DNA of 64,000 nt from Alphaproteobacteria bacterium (lineage in GTDB: Bacteria; Pseudomonadota; Alphaproteobacteria; Bin95), in NCBI GenBank assembly GCA_964291285.2, contig OZ219788.1, forward strand, positions 384,001 through 448,000. The letters run 5' to 3'. This document shows, in pieces, positions 28,713 to 39,294 of this stretch (positions are counted from its first letter, which is position 1; each line of letters starts with the position of its first letter). Below the pieces are notes generated by a model that searched no databases, was not told where the DNA came from, and saw only the letters and a list, made by a program, of their open reading frames with translations. Both the position numbers and the translations under genes were made by a program.

Positions 28713-29252
28713 ATGACAGTGGCCCGGATGAACCTCGAACTTGCGGAGAGGCCGAGCGCGCGTATCATCCTTGTGCGCATCCGCGGGGAAAGCCGCGATG
28801 AGGCCGAGAAGGGACGCTGGTTCGAACGGTTGTTCATGCGGGTTGCGCTTCAGGAGCCGGAATTCGAGATTAAGGGCATCTGGCGCCGGGCAGAGTGGCC
28901 CGAGCGGGAGACGCTCACCGGTCTTGATGGACGTGATATCGGGATCGATCTGATGGCGCGGCGCACCTCTGGTGAGTGGGTTGCCATTCAGTGCAAGCGC
29001 TATGACGACCGGCATGTACTCGGCAAGAGCGGGATCGACAAGTTTCTCGGCGACTCGCAGCAGCCAGTCTTCCGACTGCGGTGGGTCATGGCGACTTGCA
29101 GTTGGGGGCCGAATGCGAAGCGTGCGATCCAGATTGCCCATCCCGAAATCAGGCAGATCGACTTCAGGCAGTATCTCGACATTCAGGTCAAGGAGCAGGG
29201 TGCAAAACGCCCGGCGCAGGAGCCATGGCCGCTCCAGGCCGATGCGATAGAT
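28713..29252 (+). pseudogene. Mrr-like nuclease N-terminus of a type ISP R-M / helicase enzyme, truncated
   Basis: KGRWFERL, DIGIDL, AIQCK.Y, IDKFL, ends at the helicase Q-motif-like PWPLQADAI. Confidence 0.75.
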
Positions 29253-29335
29253 TCTGCTCCGGGTCGGGGTGGAATACGGCTGGCGGAGGTCAGGCCGGCG
29301 GTGGACCGCGTCGGGCCGGCAGGACGTCCAGACGA

Positions 29336-29548
29336 TCAGCCGCGCTGGCGGCGGTCGGCGAAGATCCCGAGGCTGCGCCAGCCCCACAGCTGCACCCCGC
29401 AATGCCACCGCCTGACCCCCGTCGCGATGATGATCTCGTCCCGGGCCGGACGCATCTCCTCAAGCGCCTTCGCGGTGACGATCGTGCCCCGGGCCTTGCG
29501 ACGGCCCTTGTGTGCCGTGCCGCCAGACTGGACGAGAACGATCTCGCC
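29336..29548. repeat. 213-bp direct repeat, copy 2
   Basis: Matches 25251-25463. Confidence 0.92.
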
Positions 29549-29643
29549 GTCGGCCTTCGAGACATGGCTCGCGCCCGAAGCGGTGTGGTCGATGCCGATC
29601 CGGGCGACGGCGTGATATGGCGTCGGGTGATGGAGAGGGCCGC

Positions 29644-32600
29644 GTGACCATCGAGAATCCCTTCCAGGGCCAGTTGTTCGCCGACGGCTTCCTCTGCGAA
29701 GCGATTGCCGGATCGGAGGACTGGAAGGCGTTCGACGATACGGCGCTCGAAACCCTCCGGGCGGATCTCCGCGCGCTCTTCGACAGGTTCCCGGCGGACA
29801 GCGCGCCCAACGAGGCCCAGACCGAGACCGACCTGATCCGCCCGGTGCTGGAACGGCTCGGCTGGACGGCGAGCCTCTGGCAGCAAAGGCTTTCGCAACG
29901 CGGACGCAGCCATGTGCCGGACGGCCTGCTGTTTGCCGGCGAAGCGGCCAAGGACCGCGCCAACCGCCTGCCGGAGCAGGACCGCTACCGCCACGGCCTC
30001 GCCATCGTGGAGAGCAAGCGCTGGGGCCGCCCGCTGGACCGCCGATCGCCGGGCGACGGCGCGGAAGCTGCGCCCGCGACGCAGATGCTGGGCTATCTCG
30101 GCCGCGCGGACGTTATGACGGAAGGCGGGCTGCGCTGGGGCATTCTCACCGACGGCGCGGTCTGGCGGCTCTACTGGTGGGGCGCGCGTTCGGTCGCGGA
30201 GCAGTTCTTCGAAGTCGATCTGGCCGACGTGCTCGACCTTCCTGGCCGCAACGAGGGCCTGTTCGCGCTCGACGAAGAGGCGCGGCGGCACTGGCTGCGG
30301 GTCTTCGCGCTCATCTTCCGGCCCGAAGCCTTCCTGCCGGGCGAACCCGACGGGCGCAGCTTCCATCTGCGCGCGGTAGAGGAAGGCCGGCTCTACGAGG
30401 CGAAGGTCGCGAAGGACCTGTCGGGGCTGGTGTTCGGCGAGGCCTTTCCCAGGCTGGCGAATGCCATCGCCGGGGCCGCACCGGATGCGCCTCTGGACGA
30501 AGTGCGCGAGGCCGCACTGGTGCTGCTCTACCGGCTCATGTTCGTGCTCTATGCGGAGGACCGCGGCCTGCTGCCCGTGCGCGATCCAGGCTATGACGAC
30601 TATGCGCTGCGCGAGCGGGTGCGCCAGGATGTCGGCCGGCGCAAGGATGCGGGCGACGCCTTTTCGATCGTGGCGGCGAACTACTGGTCTGCCCTGGACG
30701 ACCTCTGCCGGATTATCGACGGCGGCGACGCCTCCATCGGCCTGCCCGCCTATGACGGAGGCCTGTTCGATGCCGAGCGCGCGCCGCTGCTGGCGCGGGT
30801 CCGGCTTCCCGATGCGGTCATGGCCGACATCGTCGATGCGCTCTCCTTCCGGCGCGGGCCGGACGGGCGGCGCTACATCAACTACCGCGAACTCGGCGTG
30901 CAGCAGCTCGGCTCGATCTACGAGCGGCTGGTGGAGCGCGAACTGGTGCGCGAGGAAGGCGAAATCCGCATTCGCCCCAACCCGTTCGTGCGCAAGGACT
31001 GGGGCAGCTACTACACGCCGGACGATCTTGTGGGCCTGGTCATAGACGAGGCAGTCGGGCCGCTGGTCGAGGCCCGCCGCAAGTCGTTCGGCGAAGCGGC
31101 GGCGAAGGGCGCGCCACCGGGGGAACTCGTCCACCTCGATCCGGCGGAGAAAATTCTCGAACTCAGGGTCTGCGACCCGGCGATGGGCTCCGGGCATTTC
31201 CTCGTCAATCTGGTTGACTGGCTCGCGGACCGCATCATCGAGGCGATGGCGGAGGCCGAGGAGCTCTCGGGCGGCTGCGCCTCGCCGCTCGCCGGGCGGA
31301 TCGAGGAGATTCGCGAAAGGATCCTCGCCAATGCCGGCGCGGAGGGCTGGACCGTCGATGCGGCGCGGCTCGACGACCGCCATATCGTGCGCCGCATGGT
31401 GCTCAAGCGCTGCATCTACGGCGTGGACAAGAATCCGATGGCGGTCGAACTCGCCAAGGTGTCGCTCTGGCTGCACACCTTCACCGTCGGCGCGCCGCTG
31501 TCCTTCCTCGACCACCATCTGCGCTGCGGCGACAGCCTGTTCGGCGCCTGGGTGCGGACCGGGATGGACCGGGCGGCCGAATACGATGCGCCGCTGCTGC
31601 TGCACGGGCCGATGCAGGCCGCCGTCGGCGCGGCGGAAGACATGCGCACCGTGGAGGCGCTTACCGACGCCGAGATCGCGGAAGTGCGCCAGTCCGCCGA
31701 GACCTTCGCCCTGGTGGAGGAAAGTACCGGTCCGCTCGACGCGTTCCTGTCCCTCGTGCATGCCCTCGACTGGCTGGCCGTTCGCAGCAAGGAGGACAAG
31801 GCGGCGCTCCGGGCCTTCTTCGACGGGCAATTCGGCGATCCGGTCGAGGTTGCGCTTGGCGAAACCGACGCCTCGAACGGCAGGCCGGAGGCGCAGCGTT
31901 TCGCCGAATTGCTGGCGCAGGCGCGGACGCTCATCGGCGAGGAACGCTTCTTCAACTGGCAGGCGGCCTTTCCCGGCGTCTGGACAAACCTCGAGAGCGT
32001 GGAGCGCCGGGGCGGTTTCGACGCCGTGATCGGCAACCCGCCGTGGGAGCGGATGAAGCTGCAACAGGTGGAATGGTTCGCGGCCCGCCGCCCGGAGATC
32101 GCCCATGCGCCGCGCGCCGCAGACCGCAAGCGCATGGTCGCCGCGCTGGAAACGGCCGGCGACCCGCTGGCGGCGGATTACGACCGGGCGCAGCAACGCA
32201 CCGACGCCGCCATGAGGAATGCACGTTGCGGCGGCGATTACCCGCTGCTATCCGGCGGCGACATCAACCTCTATTCGCTCTTCGTGGAGCGCGCGATGGC
32301 GCTGGCGAAGCCCGAGGGCAAGGTCGGGTTGGTCGTGCCGTCCGGCATCGCGTCCGACAGGACGGCGGCGCGCTTCTTCAAGGGCGTCGCGACGGAAAGC
32401 CGGTTGCAGGCGCTCTACGATTTCGAGAACCGGCGCACACGCTACAAGGAACTGCCCTTTTTCCCCGATGTCGATAGCCGCTTCAAATTCTGCGTATTCC
32501 TTGCAAGCCCGTCGCCGCTTCCCGGCGATGCGCAATGCGCCTTCTTCCTTCAGGACGTGAAGGAACTGAAGGACCCGGATCGCCGCTTCCCGCTGGGCGC

Positions 32601-33690
32601 GGCCGATTTCGCCCGTGTCAACCCGAACACCGGCACCGCGCCCATCTTCCGCTCCCGCCGCGATGCGGAACTTACAACTGCGATCTATGGCCGCCTGCCC
32701 GTGCTTGTGGACCGTTCCTCCGGCAAGCCCGTCAAGGCGTGGCCGGTAAAATATGTGCGGATGTTCGACATGACGAACGACTCCGGCCTGTTCCGCACCC
32801 GCGCGGAACTGGAAGAGAAGGAAGGCGCATGGCCCGTCGGCGGCAACCGCTTCGACAGCCCTTCCGGCCAGTGGGTCCCGCTCTATGAAGGCAAGATGGT
32901 GCAGACGTTCGACCACAGGGCAGCGGGCGTGGTCGTCAATCCGGACAATCTCCACCGCCCGGCGCAACCCGAGCCGGCGACCATCGAACAGCACCGGGAC
33001 CCGGACTGGCTTCCAGATCCTCAGTATTGGGTCCAGAAGAACGAGACCTCTCTCCCGGAAGCGTCGTGGCTGCTGGGATTCAAGGAAATTACCGCGCCCA
33101 CCAATATGAGAACGGTTATCGCCGCATTGTTTCCGGCGGTCGGATTTGGCAACAAGATACCCGTCTTGAAGCCCGAGACATCGAACCGCAATGAGTGGCT
33201 GCTGGCTGCGAATTTCAATGCCACAGTTTTCGACTTCGTGGCGCGCCAGAAGATCCAGGGCCAAACCCTCAACCTTTTCATCCTTGAACAACTCCCCGTC
33301 GTGCCGCCGGCACGCTACGAGGCAGCGCGGTTCGGGCCGAAGACGGCGGCGGAGATCGTGCGCGAGGCGGTGCTGGAGCTGACCTATACGGCGCATGAAA
33401 TGGCGCCCTTTGCCCGCGACATGGGCCATGTGGACGAAGCGGGCGAGGTCCTGCCGCCCTTCCGCTGGGACGAGGACCGGCGGCTGATGCTGCGCGCGAA
33501 GCTCGACGCGCTCCATTTCCACCTTTACGGCGTTACCTGCCGCGACGACATAAGCTACATCTACTCGACCTTCCCCATCGTCCGGCGCGAGGAGGAGAAG
33601 GCGTGGGGCCGCTACCGGTCCCGTGACCTCTGCCTCGCGTGGATGAATGCGCTGGACGCCGGCAGGCCAGATGCAGAAGTTCAGCTGTGA
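29644..33690 (+). CDS. Type IIG restriction-modification enzyme (Eco57I-like fusion of nuclease, amino-methyltransferase and TRD)
   Basis: PD...ESK nuclease motif, LGSIYE, GSYYTP, CDPAMGSGHFL, IYGVD, GNPPW; GTG start after GGAGAG (alternative ATG at 29617). Confidence 0.9.
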   Translation: MTIENPFQGQLFADGFLCEAIAGSEDWKAFDDTALETLRADLRALFDRFPADSAPNEAQTETDLIRPVLERLGWTASLWQQRLSQRGRSHVPDGLLFAGEAAKDRANRLPEQDRYRHGLAIVESKRWGRPLDRRSPGDGAEAAPATQMLGYLGRADVMTEGGLRWGILTDGAVWRLYWWGARSVAEQFFEVDLADVLDLPGRNEGLFALDEEARRHWLRVFALIFRPEAFLPGEPDGRSFHLRAVEEGRLYEAKVAKDLSGLVFGEAFPRLANAIAGAAPDAPLDEVREAALVLLYRLMFVLYAEDRGLLPVRDPGYDDYALRERVRQDVGRRKDAGDAFSIVAANYWSALDDLCRIIDGGDASIGLPAYDGGLFDAERAPLLARVRLPDAVMADIVDALSFRRGPDGRRYINYRELGVQQLGSIYERLVERELVREEGEIRIRPNPFVRKDWGSYYTPDDLVGLVIDEAVGPLVEARRKSFGEAAAKGAPPGELVHLDPAEKILELRVCDPAMGSGHFLVNLVDWLADRIIEAMAEAEELSGGCASPLAGRIEEIRERILANAGAEGWTVDAARLDDRHIVRRMVLKRCIYGVDKNPMAVELAKVSLWLHTFTVGAPLSFLDHHLRCGDSLFGAWVRTGMDRAAEYDAPLLLHGPMQAAVGAAEDMRTVEALTDAEIAEVRQSAETFALVEESTGPLDAFLSLVHALDWLAVRSKEDKAALRAFFDGQFGDPVEVALGETDASNGRPEAQRFAELLAQARTLIGEERFFNWQAAFPGVWTNLESVERRGGFDAVIGNPPWERMKLQQVEWFAARRPEIAHAPRAADRKRMVAALETAGDPLAADYDRAQQRTDAAMRNARCGGDYPLLSGGDINLYSLFVERAMALAKPEGKVGLVVPSGIASDRTAARFFKGVATESRLQALYDFENRRTRYKELPFFPDVDSRFKFCVFLASPSPLPGDAQCAFFLQDVKELKDPDRRFPLGAADFARVNPNTGTAPIFRSRRDAELTTAIYGRLPVLVDRSSGKPVKAWPVKYVRMFDMTNDSGLFRTRAELEEKEGAWPVGGNRFDSPSGQWVPLYEGKMVQTFDHRAAGVVVNPDNLHRPAQPEPATIEQHRDPDWLPDPQYWVQKNETSLPEASWLLGFKEITAPTNMRTVIAALFPAVGFGNKIPVLKPETSNRNEWLLAANFNATVFDFVARQKIQGQTLNLFILEQLPVVPPARYEAARFGPKTAAEIVREAVLELTYTAHEMAPFARDMGHVDEAGEVLPPFRWDEDRRLMLRAKLDALHFHLYGVTCRDDISYIYSTFPIVRREEEKAWGRYRSRDLCLAWMNALDAGRPDAEVQL

Positions 33691-33766
33691 ATTACTGCCC
33701 GACTGTAGATTGGGCCACCTCATACGGAGCGAAATTGCACAGTCTTGAGAGACCCCATACGCTACT

Positions 33767-34040
33767 GTCCGCAACCAAAGCGTCAAAGCGACCGCTCACC
33801 TTCAGGTATTCCGCGAAAAACGCCAGATGGCCCAGCGGCGTCACCGCCGCATCAGGGTCCCATTCCACATGAACCGCGCCGCCGAAGGTGTCCACCTTCA
33901 CGAACGCTCGGGCGACATACCGCACAGCGCCAGGACAATCACCCACAGGGTGAGCCTCTTCGGCCCCTGAAAAGCCGCTCATACCCGAAGACTACAAGGG
34001 ATTCGGCAAGGCCCCACCATCCTCAACTGCCGGATTTAGG
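33767..34040 (-). mobile_element. IS1380 fragment (one IR plus 5' end of the transposase)
   Basis: Near-identical to about 21500-21773, ending in TCAACTGCCGGATTTAGG. Confidence 0.88.
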
Positions 34041-34264
34041 ATAATATGCCTGCCACGCGCCGGATCACGGCAGTCTGCAACCACGTGGCGGCAGGGCAGG
34101 CGATAGACGGACGCCAAAATTCAGCCGCGCGCGATCAAAAGTCCCCACAGCGCACACGCCTCGCATTGCATGACGGCCGCATGCCGGGTATCGTTTCGCA
34201 TATGGTGGACCGTTCGGTTCGGGTTTGAGTTTCGACCGCAGGAACAACCAGCACATCAGGAGAC

Positions 34265-35341
34265 ATGGCTATGGCCACAAGAATAGGCACCAACAACGAT
34301 GACAGACTGCGCGGTACCAATGGCAACGATGTCCTGCGCGGCCTCGGGGGCCACGATTTTCTGTACGGTCTGGCTGGCGACGATGCCTTGTATGGCGGCG
34401 CCGGCGACGACGCCTTGTATGGTGGCGCGGGCGATGACACGCTGAACGGCGATGAAGGCGATGACACGCTGAACGGCGGTGACGGCGATGACATCTTCTA
34501 TTCCGGCACCGGCGCCGACACGATTGATGGCGGCAATAATGGCGCCGACGGCGGCGACAGGGTGGTCTACATGTACTCGAATGTGGGCGTGACCGTCGAT
34601 TTGAGCGATACCGATGGCTCGAATGGCTCTGGAGGCCATGCTGAAGGCGACACGATCAGAAATGTCGAGAAAATCGAGGGTTCGGAGCATGCCGACACAT
34701 TGACGGGCAACTCGGGAGCCAACACCCTCTACGGTCGCGGTGGAGACGACACGCTGCATGGCGGCGACGGCGGTGATCGCCTTGTTGGCGGCGCCGACGA
34801 TGACACGCTGAACGGCGATGGCGGTAACGATGGTCTGTATGGCGGCGACGGCGATGACACTCTGAACGGCGGCACTGGCAGTGACACGCTGTATGGCGGC
34901 GACGGCGGGGATGCCCTTAACGGCGGCGACGGCGATGACACTCTGAATGGCGGCACCGGCGCTGATCGTCTGGACGGCGGCGCTGGCAGTGACACCGCGG
35001 ACTATACGGACTCGAATGCGGGCGTGACCGTCGATTTGTCGAGCAATTCAGCATCGGGCGGTCATGCAGCGGGCGATACGTTGACCGGCATTGAGAATCT
35101 CCAGGGTTCCGCATTTCATGACACATTGACAGGCGACGGGGGAGCCAACGTTCTGGCGGGCGGCGCTGGTTATGACACGCTGGATGGCGGCGGCGGCAAT
35201 GACACGCTGAATGGCGGCGCGGACGATGACCTCCTGTTTGGCGGCGATGGCGATGATATTCTGATCGGCGGAGCTGGCGGTGACTTTCTGGACGGCGGCA
35301 CTGGCAGTGACACCGCTGATACCAAGCGCGGTTCGAATTGA
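34265..35341 (+). pseudogene. RTX / hemolysin-type Ca2+-binding repeat protein truncated by IS630
   Basis: Many GGxGxDxLx nonapeptides and GVTVDL...GGHA.GDT...IEN..GS modules; frame runs into the IS at 35320. Confidence 0.88.
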
Positions 35342-36555
35342 CTCATTGTTCCAACATGTTGTGTTGAGGTGAGGTGTTGAGGTGAGGTGCCGGACAACGT
35401 TGATAGAGTGATGTCAGGCAGTCTTGGGGTTGGAGGATGATGATGGGTGCGGCGACGCCGATAACCTGGACGGAGCATGGATCGGACGATCTCCATGATC
35501 TGGCGAAGCGCTGCGGTGAGGCGAAGCAAGCCTGTCGGGGGCGTGCGATCGCGATGATCATGGATGGGGCGTCGCGCACGGAGGCGGCGCGGGCGCAGGG
35601 CATGGAGCTTCAAGTTCTGCGCGACTGGGTGCTGCGCTACAATGCGGAGGGGTTCGAGGGGCTTGCGGATCGTCCTCGCGGGGGCAGCGATGGTCGGTTG
35701 ACGGAGGCTCGGATTGCCGAGATCGGGTTGTGGGTCGAGGCGGGTCCCGATCTTGAGCGGGACGGTGTCACGCGCTGGCGGGTTCAGGACATCATACGGA
35801 AAATCGAGGAGGCCTTCGGGGTCATTTATACGGAGAGCGGCGCCCGTATGATGCTCCGAAGGGCCGGGTTTCGTTTTGTCTCGGGACGGCCGGTCCACCC
35901 CAGGGCCGACGCGGAGCGGCAGGGGGCGTTCGTGGCGGACTTCGAGGCAAGGGTGACGTCGATGCTCAGTTCCGAGGCGCTGGCGGGCCCGATCGAAATC
36001 TGGTTCCAGGACGAGGCGCGCATCGGCCAGAAAGGGATGACGACGCGCGTCTGGGCGCGCGGGAGGCAACGTCCGCGCATCGTGCGCGACCATCGCTATG
36101 GCTATGTCTATCTGTTCGGCGCCACCTGCGCACAGCGCGGCGTCGGCATCGCCCATGTGGCGGACAGGGCGAACACGGCGGCGATGAACGAGCATCTGGC
36201 GGCGATCGGCGCGGCCGTGGCGCCGGGTGCGCACGGCGTGGTCATACTGGACGGGGCAGGCTGGCATCGCTCGGGCGACCTTCTCGTCCCCCCCAATCTG
36301 ACGCTCCTGCATCTGCCGCCATACAGTCCGGAACTCAATCCCATGGAGCAGATCATACTGGTCCTGAAATCGAACCGCTTCGCCAACCGTGTGTTCAAGG
36401 ATGTCGCCGCCCTGAGAGAAGCCTGCCGGACGGCATGGCAATGGCTCATCGAGCAACCCGACATCATCACCAAAACAACCCGGCGAAGCTGGGCCGTCGC
36501 ACCATCGTGACGATCCCCACGACCCAATGCATCGGTCTATATGACTTGCGGTTGG
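35322..36555 (+). mobile_element. IS630-family element
   Basis: TA at both ends; imperfect IRs CCAAGCGC and CCAACCGC. Confidence 0.82.
35437..36510 (+). CDS. IS630-family transposase
   Basis: WFQDEARIG, ILDGAGWH, LPPYSPELNPME. Confidence 0.92.
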   Translation: MMMGAATPITWTEHGSDDLHDLAKRCGEAKQACRGRAIAMIMDGASRTEAARAQGMELQVLRDWVLRYNAEGFEGLADRPRGGSDGRLTEARIAEIGLWVEAGPDLERDGVTRWRVQDIIRKIEEAFGVIYTESGARMMLRRAGFRFVSGRPVHPRADAERQGAFVADFEARVTSMLSSEALAGPIEIWFQDEARIGQKGMTTRVWARGRQRPRIVRDHRYGYVYLFGATCAQRGVGIAHVADRANTAAMNEHLAAIGAAVAPGAHGVVILDGAGWHRSGDLLVPPNLTLLHLPPYSPELNPMEQIILVLKSNRFANRVFKDVAALREACRTAWQWLIEQPDIITKTTRRSWAVAPS

Positions 36556-36762
36556 TATAAATGATCTGGCCGATGACCGCGGTGAGGAAACCGAGGTCGA
36601 ACCAGCCGACGCCCAGCGTGCCGCCGAGCCAGGCGAATCCCTTTGCGAGGTTCTTGAAGAACACCAGCAGGCTCGAGCCCATGATGTCGGCCGGCACGAA
36701 GAGCGGCGAGAGCATGAGCGCGACGAAGGCGACCTTGCGGCGGGTCCGCTTGTAGAATTTCG
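36556..36762 (-). pseudogene. Internal fragment of a membrane protein (ABC permease-like) between IS630 and IS66
   Basis: KFYKR..RKVAFVALMLSPLFVPADIMGSSLLVFF...LGFLTAVIGQIIY; no start or stop of its own. Confidence 0.6.
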
Positions 36763-36851
36763 GTAAGCATCCGCCGAAGACCGCAGGGTATCGAGGTCTG
36801 AGTTTGTGGCGGGCGTGGAGTTGATCGGGGACCGTCAGGCGGTGTCTTTTG

Positions 36852-38456
36852 TTATGCGGCTTGGTCGTGCCGCCGGCTGTCCTGCCAGTTCCAGGGAAGA
36901 AGTTCGCCGAGGCGGTTCTGCGGGGTGCCGGCAATGCGCTTGAGCACGTCGGCGAGCCAGGCCTGGGGATCGACGTTGTTGAGCTTTGCGGTGCCGATGA
37001 GGGTGTACATGGCTGCGGCGCGCCTGCCGCCGCGGTCGGAGCCGGCGAACAGCCATGACTTCCGACCCAGGGCAATACCTCTGAGCGCCCTCTCAGCGGC
37101 ATTATTTGACAGGCAGATGCGCCCATCGTCGAGGAAGCGGGCGAAGCGGTCCCATCGCCTGAGCATGTAGTCCATGGCCTTGGCCACGGGGGAATGGCGG
37201 GAGAGCTTTGCGCGCTCGGCCTTCATCCAGGTCTCGAGTTCGGCCAGGACCGGCGCGCTCAGTTCCTGGCGGACGGCATGGCGCCGCGCAGCGGTCTCGC
37301 CGTTGATGGAGCGCTCGATGTCGAACAGCACGTCGATCCGCTTCACCGCCTCCATCGCGAGCGGCGAGATCGGCGGCGCGTTCCTGCCGCGCCCCTTGCT
37401 GGCCGCAATGTCGGCGAGTTCGAAAAATTTGCGGCGCCCGTGTGCCCAACAGGGGATCCCGGTAACAGGCCCCGGCACTCGCCCGACCGCATAGAGGCGG
37501 TTGTAGCCGGCGAAACTGTCGGCCTGGAGGATGCCGGCGAAGTCGCAAAGATGCTCGACCGGATGATCGCCCGAGCGGTTCCGCGAGTAGCGGAACAGAG
37601 CCGCGGGCGGGTCCGGCCCGCCGAACGGCCTGTCGTCACGCACATAGACCCAGGCCCGGCCCTTGTCGGTCTTGCCCCTGGCCAGCACCGGCACCGGGGT
37701 GTCGTCGCCATGCAGGCGTTCGGCCGCCAGCACATGGTCTGCGATCAGGTCGTGCAGCGGCCTCAGCGCCACCGTGCAGGCGCCCACCTGGTCGGCCAGG
37801 GTCGACAGGCTGAGGTCGACGCCCTCGCGCGCATAGCGGTCGCGCTGGCGGTTCAGCGGCTGATGCTGCCCGAACTTCTCGAACAGGATCATGGCCAGCA
37901 GGTTGGGGCCCGCCCAGCCGCGCGGTGTCGGGTGGAACGGCGCCGGCGGCTGGCTGATCTTCTCGCAGTCCCGGCATGTGAACTTCTCGCGCACCGTCTG
38001 GATCACCTTCCACTGGCGCGGAATGACCTCCAGCGTCTCGGTGACGTCCTCGCCGATCTTCGAGAGCTTCTGCGAGCCGCAGCACTCACAGGCACTCGGC
38101 GCCGGCACCACCACGCGCTCGCGCGGCAGATGTTCGGGGAACGGCTTGCGCCCGGACCGGCGGCGGCGGGTGAACGCCTTGACCTGCGTCGTGCCGGCAG
38201 CCGCCTGTTCGGCCGCCAACTCGTCCTCCGTCGCGTTCGCCTCAAGCTCGTCGAGCTGGAGCTCCATCTGGTCGAGAAGACGCTGCTTGCGCTCCGATCG
38301 CTGGCCGAAGAGCTCGCGCCGGAGCTTCTCGATCATCAGCTTCAGGGAGGCGATCTGCGCTTCGGCGTTCGCGGCCCGCGCCTCGGCCTCGGTCGCCTTG
38401 ACTTCCGCCGCAGCCAGCGCCGCCTTCAGCGCGTTGATGTCCGATCCGTCCGGCAT
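36852..38456 (-). CDS. tnpC: IS66 transposase TnpC
   Basis: FGQRSE, PEHLPRE, zinc ribbon, LHGDDTP, CWAH.RRKF, NNAAERALR, GRKSWLF. Confidence 0.93.
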   Translation of the reverse strand: MPDGSDINALKAALAAAEVKATEAEARAANAEAQIASLKLMIEKLRRELFGQRSERKQRLLDQMELQLDELEANATEDELAAEQAAAGTTQVKAFTRRRRSGRKPFPEHLPRERVVVPAPSACECCGSQKLSKIGEDVTETLEVIPRQWKVIQTVREKFTCRDCEKISQPPAPFHPTPRGWAGPNLLAMILFEKFGQHQPLNRQRDRYAREGVDLSLSTLADQVGACTVALRPLHDLIADHVLAAERLHGDDTPVPVLARGKTDKGRAWVYVRDDRPFGGPDPPAALFRYSRNRSGDHPVEHLCDFAGILQADSFAGYNRLYAVGRVPGPVTGIPCWAHGRRKFFELADIAASKGRGRNAPPISPLAMEAVKRIDVLFDIERSINGETAARRHAVRQELSAPVLAELETWMKAERAKLSRHSPVAKAMDYMLRRWDRFARFLDDGRICLSNNAAERALRGIALGRKSWLFAGSDRGGRRAAAMYTLIGTAKLNNVDPQAWLADVLKRIAGTPQNRLGELLPWNWQDSRRHDQAA

Positions 38457-38527
38457 GCCCGGAAGCGAATCACAACTACCGGTCCGCCGCCATCGCCATC
38501 CTGTCGGATGAGTCCATTTGCCGCCTG

Positions 38528-38875
38528 TCAGCCGGCCCGCGACGGGCGCCAGGTCCGAACCGGGTTCCTCCAATCGATCCCTTCCAGCAAATAGCCAAGC
38601 TGCGCCGCGCTGATCGACACCGCACCGCCCGACGTCACCGGCCACTGGAACCGGCCCCGCTCCAGGCGCTTGGCGTAGAGCGAGGTCCCGACCCCGTCAT
38701 GCCAGAGGATCTTCAAAAGATCGCCTTTGCGTCCGCGGAATATGAAGAGGTCGCCTGCATGCGGATCGCGGCCCAGCCCCTGCTGCACCTGCAGCGCCAG
38801 CGTGTTCATCCCGCGCCGCATGTCCGTCACGCCCGTCGCAAGCCAGACCCGCGCCCCGCTCGGAACCGGGATCAT
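38528..38875 (-). CDS. tnpB: IS66 accessory protein TnpB
   Basis: TDMRRG, FRGR.GD..KILW.DG.G..L.AKRLERG.F.WP. Confidence 0.93.
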   Translation of the reverse strand: MIPVPSGARVWLATGVTDMRRGMNTLALQVQQGLGRDPHAGDLFIFRGRKGDLLKILWHDGVGTSLYAKRLERGRFQWPVTSGGAVSISAAQLGYLLEGIDWRNPVRTWRPSRAG

Positions 38876-39294
38876 CGCCGCTCCAGGACCTCGAGAACCC
38901 GAGACAGCGCCGCCGCGTCCACGTCCCGGTCGACCGTCACCCGCGAGCCGTCCGCCAGCGCAATCTCGATCCGTCCGGAGGCAGACGGCTTGATATCCGG
39001 CGGCGCCGGCAGCAGCCTTGCCGGCTCCACCCCTTCCGTCGAAGAGACAACCACCGGAACGAAGCCGCCCACCACCCGCGCCAGCTCCCGATACTGGCGC
39101 CGCCAGCTGAAGACCAGGTTCGCGTTCACGTCATGTCGGCGCGCCACCACCGAAACCGAAACCCCGGGCTGACAGCTCTCCGCAACGATCAGGCGCTTGC
39201 GCGCCTCGCTCCACCGACGGCGACGGCGGCGCCCCCGACCGTCGACCCCGGAACCCGCATGCTCGGCTGTGTCCGACATCCCCATAGTGTCCAC
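38872..39294 (-). CDS. tnpA: IS66 accessory protein TnpA
   Basis: RRRWS...K..IVAES..PG.SVS.VARRHDVNAN..F.WRR. Confidence 0.88.
   Translation of the reverse strand: MDTMGMSDTAEHAGSGVDGRGRRRRRRWSEARKRLIVAESCQPGVSVSVVARRHDVNANLVFSWRRQYRELARVVGGFVPVVVSSTEGVEPARLLPAPPDIKPSASGRIEIALADGSRVTVDRDVDAAALSRVLEVLERR

Noticed and set aside
20078-34040. Composite transposon bounded by the IS1380 copies
   Set aside because: The first copy has its own ATCAA duplication inside the Toprim gene; the second is a diverged 274-bp fragment followed by ATAAT.
34300-35320. Periodic repeats as a possible CRISPR or non-coding array
   Set aside because: They are 27-bp coding RTX nonapeptide repeats with no unique spacers and no cas genes.
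38528-38875. TnpB as an RNA-guided (OMEGA) nuclease
   Set aside because: This is the 115-aa IS66 accessory TnpB, unrelated to IS200/IS605 RuvC TnpB.
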